A DNA stretch of 64,000 bases from an uncultured Bacteroidales bacterium (GCA_963739685.1 CAVUAX010000002.1:71290-135289); one strand, 5' to 3'. Shown: positions 21,189 through 30,392, counted from the first letter of the stretch. Numbers and translations are program-made. The notes: generated from the sequence alone by a model not told the origin.

Positions 21189-21222
21189 CAGGGAGATACT
21201 ATCATATGTCCCTGTTTTTTTT
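21189..21222 (+). terminator. Rho-independent terminator after rubrerythrin
   Basis: Stem caggga / tccctg (21189-21194 / 21209-21214), followed by T8. Confidence 0.7.
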
Positions 21223-21245
21223 AACCAGTTTTAAAATTAGTAAAG

Positions 21246-21797
21246 ATGCCAACAGGGAAAGAGGTACTTGAATTGATTATAAGCCGCCAGAGCGACAGAA
21301 AATATAGTGATAAACCAATAGAAAGAGAGAAGCTGGAAAGGATAATCGAAGCAGGAAGAATGGCTCCCTCCGCGTGTAATGCCCAACCCTGGAAATTTAT
21401 AGTAGTAAATGAACCAGAACTTATTCACAAGGTTGCTGTAGCAGCCTCTGCAAAATTGATCGGAATGAACAGTTTTGTGGGCCAGGCCCCTGTTTTAGTG
21501 GTTGTTGTAAGGGAACAGCCTAATTTTTCCTCTAAGGTTGGAGGTACTATAAAGAAGAAGGATTATTCCCTTATTGATATTGGTATAGCATCGGAAAATA
21601 TATGTATTCAGGCAAAAGCTGAAGGATTAGGATCCTGCATGATTGGCTGGTTTGACGAAAAAATGTTAAGAAAAATTCTAACTATACCAGCTTCAAAACG
21701 GGTAGAGCTTATAATCACTCTTGGATATTCCATTGGCGATCAGAGGGAGAAAAGGAGGAAGCCTTCCGTGGTAACTGTATCTTATAATAAGTACTGA
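21246..21797 (+). CDS. Nitroreductase family protein
   Basis: 183 aa. Motifs RQSDRKY, APSACNAQPWKF. Confidence 0.8.
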   Translation: MPTGKEVLELIISRQSDRKYSDKPIEREKLERIIEAGRMAPSACNAQPWKFIVVNEPELIHKVAVAASAKLIGMNSFVGQAPVLVVVVREQPNFSSKVGGTIKKKDYSLIDIGIASENICIQAKAEGLGSCMIGWFDEKMLRKILTIPASKRVELIITLGYSIGDQREKRRKPSVVTVSYNKY

Positions 21798-21846
21798 TTG
21801 TAACTCAACCCGCCAAACAGCACAAACTCCAACTGAATCAGGTTAT

Positions 21847-23040
21847 TTATTTGAGCTTTTCAAGTGCTCTCTTTATCCTTTTAACAGCTTCAACAAGAAG
21901 ATCATCGGAATTTGCGTAAGAAATTCTCATACAGTCGGGAGCTCCGAAAGCATCGCCTCCAACAACCGCAACCTGAGCTTTATCGAGAAGATAGAGTGCA
22001 AGTTCATCTGAATTACCTACAGTTGTTGTTCCGTCGGATTTGCCAAGATAATGACTTATATCAGGAAATATATAAAAAGCTCCCTGAGGAATACCAACTT
22101 TCAATCCCGGGATCTCTTTCAACAGTTTACACATAAGGTTTCTCCGGCGAAGAAAAGCCAATTTCATTTCCTCTTTAGAGTTACCTTTACCCGTAATAGC
22201 GGCAAGTGCAGCACGTTGGGCTATAGAGCATGCCCCTGATGTAAATTGTCCCTGTAACTTATTACATGCTTTTGCGATCCACATTGGGGCTCCGATATAA
22301 CCAATCCTCCAACCGGTCATCGCATATCCTTTTGAGACTCCGTTAACTGTGATCACCCGGTCATAAATAAAATCAAAAGAAGCCATACTTACATGCCTGC
22401 CTGAAAATATTATGTTTTCATATATCTCATCTGACATAATGAATAATCCTTCATGCTTTTCAACAATCCTGGCAATAGGCTCCATCTCTTCGCGTGTATA
22501 TACCATTCCTGTAGGATTAGAGGGAGAATTAAATATTATAAGACGTGTTTTCGGAGTAATTGCAGCAGCAAGCTGTTCGGGTCTTATCTTGAAATCGTTT
22601 TCAATGGTAGCATCAACAACCACCGGTTTTCCACCTGCAAGAATGATCTGATCATAGTAACTCACCCAGTATGGAGCAAAAATGATCACTTCCTCTCCTG
22701 GATTAATTATGGATAAAATTACGTTTATCAGGGAGTGTTTGGCACCGGCTGAAACAATTATCTGATCGGGTTTATAGGTAATACCATTCTCCTGACTGAA
22801 TTTTGCTGAAATAGCTTCCCGCAGGTCATTATAACCCGGGACAGGAGGATATCTGGTGTAGTTCTCATCAATAGCTTTTTTGGCTGCTTCTTTTATGTAG
22901 TCGGGGGTATTGAAATCCGGCTCTCCAAGACTTAAACTTATAATATCGAAACCTTTTTCTTTTAATTCCCTGCTCTTTTGAGCCATGGCAAGAGTCTGCG
23001 AGACTGATAAGGATTTAATTCTGTCAGATAAATATTCCAT
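21847..23040 (-). CDS. PLP-dependent aminotransferase class I/II (aspartate aminotransferase-like)
   Basis: 397 aa. Motifs SLGEPDF, NSPSNPTG, and PLP-lysine region NGVSKGYAMTGWRIGY. Confidence 0.88.
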   Translation of the reverse strand: MEYLSDRIKSLSVSQTLAMAQKSRELKEKGFDIISLSLGEPDFNTPDYIKEAAKKAIDENYTRYPPVPGYNDLREAISAKFSQENGITYKPDQIIVSAGAKHSLINVILSIINPGEEVIIFAPYWVSYYDQIILAGGKPVVVDATIENDFKIRPEQLAAAITPKTRLIIFNSPSNPTGMVYTREEMEPIARIVEKHEGLFIMSDEIYENIIFSGRHVSMASFDFIYDRVITVNGVSKGYAMTGWRIGYIGAPMWIAKACNKLQGQFTSGACSIAQRAALAAITGKGNSKEEMKLAFLRRRNLMCKLLKEIPGLKVGIPQGAFYIFPDISHYLGKSDGTTTVGNSDELALYLLDKAQVAVVGGDAFGAPDCMRISYANSDDLLVEAVKRIKRALEKLK

Positions 23041-23074
23041 AGTGATTTTTGGTTAAAATAGTTTAAGAACGGTT

Positions 23075-23082
23075 CAAATTTA
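23075..23082 (-). promoter_or_regulatory. Candidate -7 box TAAATTTG (TAnnTTTG)
   Basis: Minus-strand motif 35 nt upstream of the ATG at 23040. Confidence 0.35.
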
Positions 23083-23311
23083 TGAAGTTATATTGAAAAA
23101 TAAAATTCTAATGAAGTTCTGGTATCAGCAGTATTGATAAAATATATCCGAATATCATAAATGCAATTTAGTCACTCATTTATAAAGACACAATGTTTCA
23201 CCGGTAATTACTTATTAACATTATTAAAATTAACAGTATGTGTCTCATGAGGCTTCACTTCCATCTGAAAAAACTTGCACCAAATTGAGAGTTTGATTCA
23301 ATAAATATAAT

Positions 23312-23319
23312 TAGGTTTG
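23312..23319 (+). promoter_or_regulatory. Candidate -7 box TAGGTTTG (TAnnTTTG)
   Basis: Lies 23 nt upstream of the ATG at 23342. Confidence 0.35.
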
Positions 23320-23341
23320 TATTTTTAATAACCCAACCATC

Positions 23342-23863
23342 ATGGAAACTTTGTCAGATATTCTGAAAATTGCCATTCCGGCATTGATAGTCTTCTTTAC
23401 CGCATGGTTTATTTTAAGAAGCATGATAAAAAATGATCAGGATAAAAGGAGACAAGAGCTTATTCTCCAGAATAACCGGATAGTTATTCCAATAAAACTC
23501 CAGGCTTATGAAAGGATCATACTATTTCTGGAAAGAATATCTCTTGAGTCGCTGCTGGTCAGGGTTTCCTCCTCTGCCATGAGCGCCTCCCAGCTTCATT
23601 CTGCTCTTGTTACAGCTATCCGAAATGAATACGAGCATAATCTGTCGCAGCAGATTTACATGAGTCCCCAGGCCTGGGAAGTGGTCAGGAATGCCCGTTC
23701 AAACATGATCAAAATAATTAACAGTGAAGCTGAAAAAATGCCTGAAACAGCTTCAGGCATGGATCTTGGCAAATTGCTTCTCGAATTAATCATGGAACTC
23801 GAGAAAGAACCCACAAGAGCTGCAATAGAGTATGTAAAAGAAGAGGTTGCAAGAATTATCTGA
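23342..23863 (+). CDS. Hypothetical protein with one N-terminal TM helix
   Basis: 173-aa ORF. TM segment ILKIAIPALIVFFTAWFIL. No recognisable catalytic motif. Confidence 0.5.
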   Translation: METLSDILKIAIPALIVFFTAWFILRSMIKNDQDKRRQELILQNNRIVIPIKLQAYERIILFLERISLESLLVRVSSSAMSASQLHSALVTAIRNEYEHNLSQQIYMSPQAWEVVRNARSNMIKIINSEAEKMPETASGMDLGKLLLELIMELEKEPTRAAIEYVKEEVARII

Positions 23864-23961
23864 GGTTCTTGTTCAAAGTTCAAGGTTCAAAGTTTGAGGT
23901 TTAAAGTTCAGGGTTTAAAACCTGAAACCTGGAACATGAAACATGAAACATGGAACATTTA
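23864..23961. repeat. Fourteen phased heptanucleotide units: 8 x GTTYRRR then 6 x ACMTKRA
   Basis: Read directly: ggttctt gttcaaa gttcaag gttcaaa gtttgag gtttaaa gttcagg gtttaaa acctgaa acctgga acatgaa acatgaa acatgga acattta. There is a central 6-bp hairpin ttcagg/cctgaa. Confidence 0.8.
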
Positions 23962-26003
23962 CAATAGCTCCACACTTCGTTTAACAAATGAATTTAGATC
24001 TTCACCTCTTAGCATATTATTTGCAAGTAATGCCAGATCAATCAGTTGCTTAACAACCTTATTGCCTGCTCCGTACGACTGAAGGATCTCTTTCCTGGAT
24101 TTTTCAATTGCTTCAAGTTCTTTACGGCTTTTTTCAAGATCATCCTTCTCTGCTTGTGTTAATTCATCCTCTTTCTTCTTTTTATGATCCTGTTCCATAA
24201 AATCAATTTCCTCCTTGAGTTGAATTCTTTGGGTATTGTTTTCAGCAAGTCTTACCCCTTCTGCTGTCTGAAGATCTTCTGAGATTTTAATAATCAGTGG
24301 ATGATTTGGATTCACAACAAGGTTAAAACTATCGGGCAACTCCCCATAAAAATTCATTCCTCCGCCAAACTGAGACATCTCCTTCATCCTGCGTATGAAT
24401 TCCGACTGAGTAATAATTACAGGTGCTTCATTTTCATCAAGTGTCTCAAAAACAACATTATAGATCTCTTTAGATTTAATGCTGACATCAAATACACTTT
24501 TAAGGTCATTCTTCTGATCTTCCGTCAGTTTTGATTCACGTGTTTCATCCTTCTGAATAAGTTTATCGATCACATCAGAATCAACTCTTACGAATCGTCG
24601 AATCCTTTAATTTTGATTCAAGATGATTGATAAGGTGAATATCAAGCTGACCATCGAGAATCAGTACATCATACCCTTTGTTTTTTGCTTTCTCAATATA
24701 TGAGTACTGATCAGTTTTATTTGTTGAATACAGATAGATCAAAGTTTTGTTTTTATCAGTCTGGTTCTCCTTAATGATATTTTCATACTCCTCAAATGTA
24801 AAATACTTATCATCAGAATTTTTAAGAAGAGCAAATTTCGATGCTTTCTCATAAAACTTCTCTTCGGTAATCATGCCATACTCGATAAATAGCTTCAGGT
24901 TATCCCATTTTTTCTCAAACTCCCCGTCTGTTGTTTTTAAAGATCTCATTCAATCTGTCAGCAACCTTTCTTGTGATATGACTTGATATCTTTTTCACAT
25001 TCGAATCACTCTGAAGATAACTTCTTGATACATTAAGAGGAATATCAGGAGAATCGAGCACTCCATGAAGAAGAGTAAGAAATTCAGGAACGATTCCTTC
25101 AACGGAATCTGTTACAAAAACCTGGTTACAATAAAGTTGAATCTTGTTTTTCTGTATCTCTATATTGCTTTTAATTTTTGGGAAATAAAGAATACCGGTA
25201 AGCTTAAACGGGTAATCCACATTAAGGTGAATATTAAATAAAGGCTCCTCACCTGAAGGGTACAGCTCCCTGTAAAACTTAAGATAATCCTCATCTTTCA
25301 GATCAGCAGGTTTAAGTGTCCAGGCCGGTTTTGTGTTATTTATGATTTTCTCTTTACCGGTATCGACATATTTCCCGTCTTTCCATTCCTGCTCCTTCCC
25401 GAATGCAATCTCCACAGGCAGAAACTTACAATATTTTTTCAGAAGATTTTCCACTCTGCTCTCCTCAAGGAACTCCTTTGAATCTTTATCAATATGAAGG
25501 ATAACATCTGTGCCTCTGGTCTCCTTTTCAACCTCCCCGATTGAAAATTCAGGACTTCCGTCACAGGTCCATTTAACAGCTTTTGTTTCATCCTGATAAG
25601 ATCTGGTAATTACTTCAACTTTATCAGATACCATAAATGAGGAGTAGAATCCAAGGCCAAAATGTCCTATTATGTTAGTCTGGTCCTTATATTTATCAAG
25701 GAAATCATTTGCGCTGGAAAAAGCAATCTGATTCAGATATTTATCGAGCTCTTCCTCTGTCATTCCGATCCCTTTATCTGAAACAGTTATCGTTTTTTTC
25801 TTTTTATCAACCTCAACATGAATTGTTGTATCACCCATTTCTCCTTTATAATCACCGACAGATGACATGGTTTTTAATTTCAGTGTCGCATCCACCGCGT
25901 TGGAAATAAGCTCTCGCAGGAAAATCTCATGATCTGAATAGAGGAATTTCTTGATTATAGGAAAAATGTTATCAGTTGTTACTCCAATTTTTCCGGTTTG
26001 CAT
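23959..26003 (-). pseudogene. htpG: htpG (Hsp90-family chaperone) interrupted by two +1 frameshifts, split into 362-, 122- and 204-aa pieces
   Basis: Three consecutive same-strand ORFs together cover a ~685-aa HtpG. They are the N-terminal GHKL ATPase (ELISNAVDA, GQFGVGFYS-like HFGLGFYS), the middle piece (EFEKKWDNLKLFIEYGM) and the C-terminal piece (RFVRVDSDVIDKL in the adjacent frame). The breaks are at a C4 run (24922-24925) and at tcgtcg (24595-24601). Confidence 0.85.
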
Positions 26004-26102
26004 ATCGGTTTGTTTTAATGTTAAACATATATTGTCTGCCGATCCTTTTCAAAAGATGTGCCGTAATGGTCCGACTGACAAATAGTCACTTTTAAGAATC
26101 AA

Positions 26103-26621
26103 TCAGAAATAGTCAGGGAATTTAAACCAGGCAACTACAGTAAACAATAATGACAGAGCTACAAATGCCAACAGTATTGCTAATGAAGCATTTCTCCGTT
26201 TTCTGAACCGGACAATGCTATGTTCACTTATAAGGTTTTTAACTGTATTGTGAATCCGGAGTATTTCATTGGTATTGCGCGGAATGTAAGCATCAATATT
26301 AAATTTAACTGTTTTCTTGACATCCTCCATTTTGTCAGGAGGCATTAGCAGGATTACCCCTGTTCCCGGGTCAATTTTCCTGCTTTCCACCGAAAGGTGA
26401 TCTATCATCTCCATCTGTTCCTTAGAATCGTGAATCCCAAGGATTATAACTTTACAGAAAGTATTTTTCTTCTCACTTTCAAGATGTTCCAAAAGTTCCT
26501 GCCTGGTCTGGAATGATTCCACCTTATACCTTTCAGGGTCAGAGAATCTTTTCTTTACATCATCAGAAAAACTCCTGTAATCATCGAAACAATAAATGTG
26601 TGTTTTGATGCTTTTTGCCAT
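26103..26621 (-). CDS. Hypothetical receiver-like (degenerate) domain protein with C-terminal TM anchor
   Basis: 172 aa. IYCFDDY...KVIILGIHDS...VILLMPP...DAYIPRN loosely follows the CheY-fold landmarks. C-terminal hydrophobic helix LAILLAFVALSLLFTVVAWF. Confidence 0.45.
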   Translation of the reverse strand: MAKSIKTHIYCFDDYRSFSDDVKKRFSDPERYKVESFQTRQELLEHLESEKKNTFCKVIILGIHDSKEQMEMIDHLSVESRKIDPGTGVILLMPPDKMEDVKKTVKFNIDAYIPRNTNEILRIHNTVKNLISEHSIVRFRKRRNASLAILLAFVALSLLFTVVAWFKFPDYF

Positions 26622-26647
26622 AACAATGGTTTCTATTTTAAATATAC

Positions 26648-27481
26648 TTATTCTTTGTTACGCACATCAACATTCCTTTCAAATTTCCATATTCCGTTTT
26701 TGTAAAAATACCTGTCAAAGGAATACTCCGCCCCGTAAGATTGCTGTTCTTCCTTCATTCCCCTTGAGATAGGAACCAGATGGTCAAATACAATTGACCT
26801 TGCTGAACGGAACTTTAAAGACATTACCCCGGTTGCATCATATTCGAAAACAACCCTGTACTTAATTTCATTTCCAGTATTAAACCACTTCTTTCCAAAT
26901 ATAATCTTTCCGTCCTGGTTAAAACTCAACACATCAATTATCTTTCTGGTAACTATTGGATCGCCAAAATCAATCCCAAGGAGCACATAACATATTTCAT
27001 TTTTAATCCTGACAGGTCTGAGATCATAATATAATGCTCCGTACCAGTTGTCCTGAAAATAAACAGTGTCAGTCCGGACAGTATTTCCCGTGCTACCGGC
27101 CGTAAGCCTGTAAACGGAATTATCTTTTCCCCTTTTCCCTTTTGTGATAAAGTAACAGAAGTACCTGTTTTTATTATTAGAAAGAATTAAATTCCAGGTT
27201 ATGATTTTCAGCTTTTTATCGGATGATACTATCTGACCAAGGTAGCGGAGATTATTAAACCTATGCTTTAAAACAGAATCGGAGGCAGCATAACTGTCAA
27301 TTATTAATCTTATGGAATCATTAATCAGTATCCGGGAATTGTCATCTGAAACTTTTTCAAGTCTTCCAAATAGTTTTGCCAGCTCAGTCTGGACATTTTG
27401 GCCATAAGCCTGACTTTTAGCCTGTGAGGTGAAAAATATTATTAATGTTGGAAATATAAGGTACAAAACTGTCCGTCTCAT
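26648..27481 (-). CDS. Hypothetical secreted protein
   Basis: 277 aa. Signal peptide MRRTVLYLIFPTLIIFFTSQAKSQA. The start overlaps the upstream gene's stop (ATGA). Confidence 0.5.
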   Translation of the reverse strand: MRRTVLYLIFPTLIIFFTSQAKSQAYGQNVQTELAKLFGRLEKVSDDNSRILINDSIRLIIDSYAASDSVLKHRFNNLRYLGQIVSSDKKLKIITWNLILSNNKNRYFCYFITKGKRGKDNSVYRLTAGSTGNTVRTDTVYFQDNWYGALYYDLRPVRIKNEICYVLLGIDFGDPIVTRKIIDVLSFNQDGKIIFGKKWFNTGNEIKYRVVFEYDATGVMSLKFRSARSIVFDHLVPISRGMKEEQQSYGAEYSFDRYFYKNGIWKFERNVDVRNKE

Positions 27482-28683
27482 GAATTTCCAGTATTTTTCA
27501 TGGTATCATCAAGAAGTCTCCTCAGCTGACCCGATGCCCAGATTATTTCATCATTTGATATTGTCAATGGCGGAGCAATCCGGAAAGCATCATTACAGAA
27601 GAGAAAATAGTCAAGAATCAGGCCAAAATCAGGAGCATGTGATATAACATACTGAATATAAACAGGATCAGTAAGTTTAACAGCCAAAAAAAGGCCCTCT
27701 CCCCTTACCTCTGCAATCAGGGGATGGTTAAGTTCCTTTTTCAAAAGAGCTGACTTTTCAGCAGATGTCTCAATAAGTTTTTCTTCTATGATTACTTCAA
27801 GTGAAGCAAGACCGGCGGCACAACAAACCGGATGACCCCCAAAAGTTGTGATATGGCCCAGTTGAGGATTTGAGACCAGCGCTGACATTACCTTTTTTGA
27901 GGAGATAAAAGCACCAAGCGGCATCCCTCCACCCAGGGCCTTAGCAAGAAGAAGGATATCGGGAACAACTTCAAAACGGTCAATGGCAAACATAAAACCA
28001 GTACGTCCAAAACCAGTCTGTATCTCGTCAAAGATTAGCAGAGATCCGGTTTCCCTGCATCTCTTTCTGAGTTTTCCAAGAAAATCATTCACCGGAAATA
28101 CGATGCCGGCTTCGCCCTGAACAGGTTCGACAATTACACAGGCTGTTTTATTATCTATTAATTCGATTGATCTTTCATCATTGAAATCCGCCAGAAAAAC
28201 ATCGGGTAAAAGAGGTCTGAAAGAATTTTTATAAACCTCACTTCCCTGAACACTTAATGCTCCGTGAGTACTACCATGGTAAGAGTTTCTGAATGAAATG
28301 ATATGACTTCTTCCAGTATATCTTTTTGCCAGTTTCAGAGCACCCTCTACTGCTTCACTTCCTGAATTTACAAAAAAAACATTATTAAGTTCAGGAGGAA
28401 GAATACCTGCAAGCCGGCTTGCATACTTAACCTGCGGTGACTGGATCATTTCACCATAAACCATCAGATGCATGTAATTGTCGACCTGGCTTTTGACAGC
28501 GTCAACCACCCTTGGATGACAATGGCCCGAATTGCTGACAGAGACTCCGGAGATAAGATCGAGATATTTCTCACCTTCAGGACCGTACATAAATACACCT
28601 TCTGCCCTCACAATTTCAAGCATAAGAGGTGTTGAAGAAGTTTGTCCCAGGTTTATACGGAAGAGTTGACGGTTTGTAAGCAT
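27478..28683 (-). CDS. Class III PLP aminotransferase (acetylornithine/ornithine aminotransferase-like)
   Basis: 401 aa. Motifs VNSGSEAVEGA, IFDEIQTGFGRTG, LAKALGGGMP. Confidence 0.85.
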   Translation of the reverse strand: MLTNRQLFRINLGQTSSTPLMLEIVRAEGVFMYGPEGEKYLDLISGVSVSNSGHCHPRVVDAVKSQVDNYMHLMVYGEMIQSPQVKYASRLAGILPPELNNVFFVNSGSEAVEGALKLAKRYTGRSHIISFRNSYHGSTHGALSVQGSEVYKNSFRPLLPDVFLADFNDERSIELIDNKTACVIVEPVQGEAGIVFPVNDFLGKLRKRCRETGSLLIFDEIQTGFGRTGFMFAIDRFEVVPDILLLAKALGGGMPLGAFISSKKVMSALVSNPQLGHITTFGGHPVCCAAGLASLEVIIEEKLIETSAEKSALLKKELNHPLIAEVRGEGLFLAVKLTDPVYIQYVISHAPDFGLILDYFLFCNDAFRIAPPLTISNDEIIWASGQLRRLLDDTMKNTGNS

Positions 28684-28697
28684 GAAAAACCAAAATA

Positions 28698-29408
28698 TTA
28701 TCTGGCCATTACGTTAATGTCACTCAAAAGACTGTCTCTGAATGACTTTCCGATAGGAATGCTTTTTGGTATCTCATTCACTATAATTTCGAGTGAGCTC
28801 TCTTTAATTGTCTGTATCATGCCCTTATTAATGATAAATGACCTGTGCACCCTGATAAATAACCCAGAAGGCAATTGGCTTTCAATGGCTTTCATAGTGA
28901 AATGAATTGTATACCTGTTATCATTTGTCGACAGAATAACATAATTTTCAAGAGCCTCTATATAAATTATTTCCTTTAGCTTCAGTTTGACAAGCGAAGA
29001 CCCGTTTTTAATGAATATCTCTTCATCACCTGTTGCAGTAATGGGTTCCTTACGGGAAAAGTATCTGATTGTTTTGTCAATTGCCTTGCAGAATCTTGCG
29101 TATGTAACTGGTTTTAGAAGGTAATCAACAACATTGAAGTCGAAAGCTCTCAATGCATACTCTTCGGCAGAGGAAACAACTATGATATTCGGAGGCAGAT
29201 CCAGGCTTCCGATAAAATCAAATCCACTCATTTCAGGCATTTCAATATCGAGAAAGATAAGGTCGATATCATGTCGTTTGGAAAGTACATTTCTTGCTGC
29301 TACGGGATCGTTGAATGAACCGATAAAGTTAAGGGAATCAGATTTACTGATATAGCCTTCCAGTATCTTGCACGTCAACTTATCATCGTCGATTATAATG
29401 CAATTCAT
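28698..29408 (-). CDS. LytTR/AlgR-family response regulator
   Basis: 236 aa. Receiver IIIDDD...LIFLDIEMP...LLKP, plus a C-terminal LytTR DNA-binding domain (IIYIEALENYV...FIRVHRSFIIN). Confidence 0.9.
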   Translation of the reverse strand: MNCIIIDDDKLTCKILEGYISKSDSLNFIGSFNDPVAARNVLSKRHDIDLIFLDIEMPEMSGFDFIGSLDLPPNIIVVSSAEEYALRAFDFNVVDYLLKPVTYARFCKAIDKTIRYFSRKEPITATGDEEIFIKNGSSLVKLKLKEIIYIEALENYVILSTNDNRYTIHFTMKAIESQLPSGLFIRVHRSFIINKGMIQTIKESSLEIIVNEIPKSIPIGKSFRDSLLSDINVMAR

Positions 29409-29438
29409 ACTTTTATTTATTGGATCTGATTATGTGAT

Positions 29439-29446
29439 CAAAAATA
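29439..29446 (-). promoter_or_regulatory. Candidate -7 box TATTTTTG (TAnnTTTG)
   Basis: Minus-strand motif 31 nt upstream of the ATG at 29408. Confidence 0.35.
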
Positions 29447-29552
29447 GTAAAAACATTTGAAAAAATTTAGCAATTGCTGGAAAGTTACATTTCTTTTAAT
29501 AATTCTATAGCTGGAAAAGGGTTAATGGAACCGGACAATGGACCTGGGGTCA

Positions 29553-29578
29553 ATAAAAAAGGGGTGTAACAACACCCC
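29553..29578 (-). terminator. Rho-independent terminator after the HU gene
   Basis: On the minus strand, GGGGTGT-tgtt-ACACCCC is followed by T6 (plus-strand A run 29555-29560). Confidence 0.7.
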
Positions 29579-29601
29579 TGAGCAATCTCAATCGAATAAG
29601 A

Positions 29602-29871
29602 TTAAAGACCTTTGTTAAGTGCGGGAGCTGGTTTGAATTTAACAACTTTTTTTGCAGGAACATTCAGTTTTGCACCTGTACGTGGGTTACGAACCACCCT
29701 TGCACTTCTTTTGGTAACTTTGAAGGTACCCAGACCAGGTAGTTGGATTCTGCTACCTTTTTTCATAGCTTTTCCGAAAGCTCCTACAAATGAGTTTAAA
29801 GCTTTTCCGGCATCTTTAATTGAGAGACCTGCATCAGCAGCAATTTCATTTACTAATTCCTTTTTTGTCAT
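29602..29871 (-). CDS. hup: HU family DNA-binding protein
   Basis: 89 aa from MTKKELV. Contains the arm motif RSARVVRNPRTGAKLNVPAKKVVKFKP. The start is taken at 29871 rather than the upstream in-frame start at 29898. Confidence 0.9.
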   Translation of the reverse strand: MTKKELVNEIAADAGLSIKDAGKALNSFVGAFGKAMKKGSRIQLPGLGTFKVTKRSARVVRNPRTGAKLNVPAKKVVKFKPAPALNKGL

Positions 29872-29911
29872 AATTAAATTATTAAGGGTGAGAACCAATT
29901 TTATTAATTGA

Positions 29912-29953
29912 ATACAAATTTATTTTTTTTTAAATCATATACAAATTTATTTT
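29912..29953 (-). promoter_or_regulatory. Duplicated 15-nt promoter module, each copy carrying TAAATTTG on the minus strand
   Basis: The plus-strand string atacaaatttatttt occurs at 29912-29926 and again at 29939-29953. The minus-strand TAnnTTTG boxes fall at 29915-29922 and 29942-29949. Confidence 0.4.
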
Positions 29954-30173
29954 AGCGTTTTTCCACAAATAATGCCACTATTAAGTTAAAACACTACTTT
30001 TTTTTGATAAAAACGGTGGTTTTAAGAAAATGTCGCACTCAGGCAACAGTCTTAAGTTTCAGAGTCTGGAACAGGTAAAATTGTTTATATGTTGTTAATA
30101 AAAACCTTATATTGCTGATTATCTTACATTTACCTTATCATCATTAAAAAAATCAAAAAAATCAAAAAAATAT

Positions 30174-30181
30174 TATCTTTG
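30174..30181 (+). promoter_or_regulatory. Candidate -7 box TATCTTTG (TAnnTTTG) preceded by phased A-tracts
   Basis: The motif follows aaaaaaatcaaaaaaatcaaaaaaat (30145-30171). It lies ~108 nt upstream of the tRNA-Ser 5' end. Confidence 0.45.
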
Positions 30182-30288
30182 CAGCGGAGAAATTGTACCG
30201 CCTAAGCGGTATAGACGCCGTGGCGAATGCGGCATAAGAGTTTCTCATATGATTAATTCCGCCCTCGCTAAAGCAAGGGCGTACAAAG

Positions 30289-30380
30289 GGAGAAATGGCA
30301 GAGCGGTCGAATGCGGCGGTCTTGAAAACCGTTGTCCTTTATCCAAGGGACCGGGGGTTCGAATCCCTCTTTCTCCGCCA
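30289..30380 (+). tRNA. tRNA-Ser (anticodon UGA), CCA encoded
   Basis: Acceptor stem GGAGAAA/TTTCTCC. Anticodon stem-loop GCGGT-CTTGAAA-ACCGT. Long variable arm TGTCCTTTATCCAAGGGAC. T-arm GGGGG-TTCGAAT-CCCTC. Ends in GCCA. Confidence 0.93.
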
Positions 30381-30392
30381 AAGCTTAAATTA

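Noticed and set aside
30145-30171. aaaaaaatc tandem units, considered as a microsatellite or CRISPR-like repeat
   Set aside because: There are only about 2.5 short A-tract units directly upstream of a -7 box. This is best read as an AT-rich, UP-like promoter flank, with no spacer structure.
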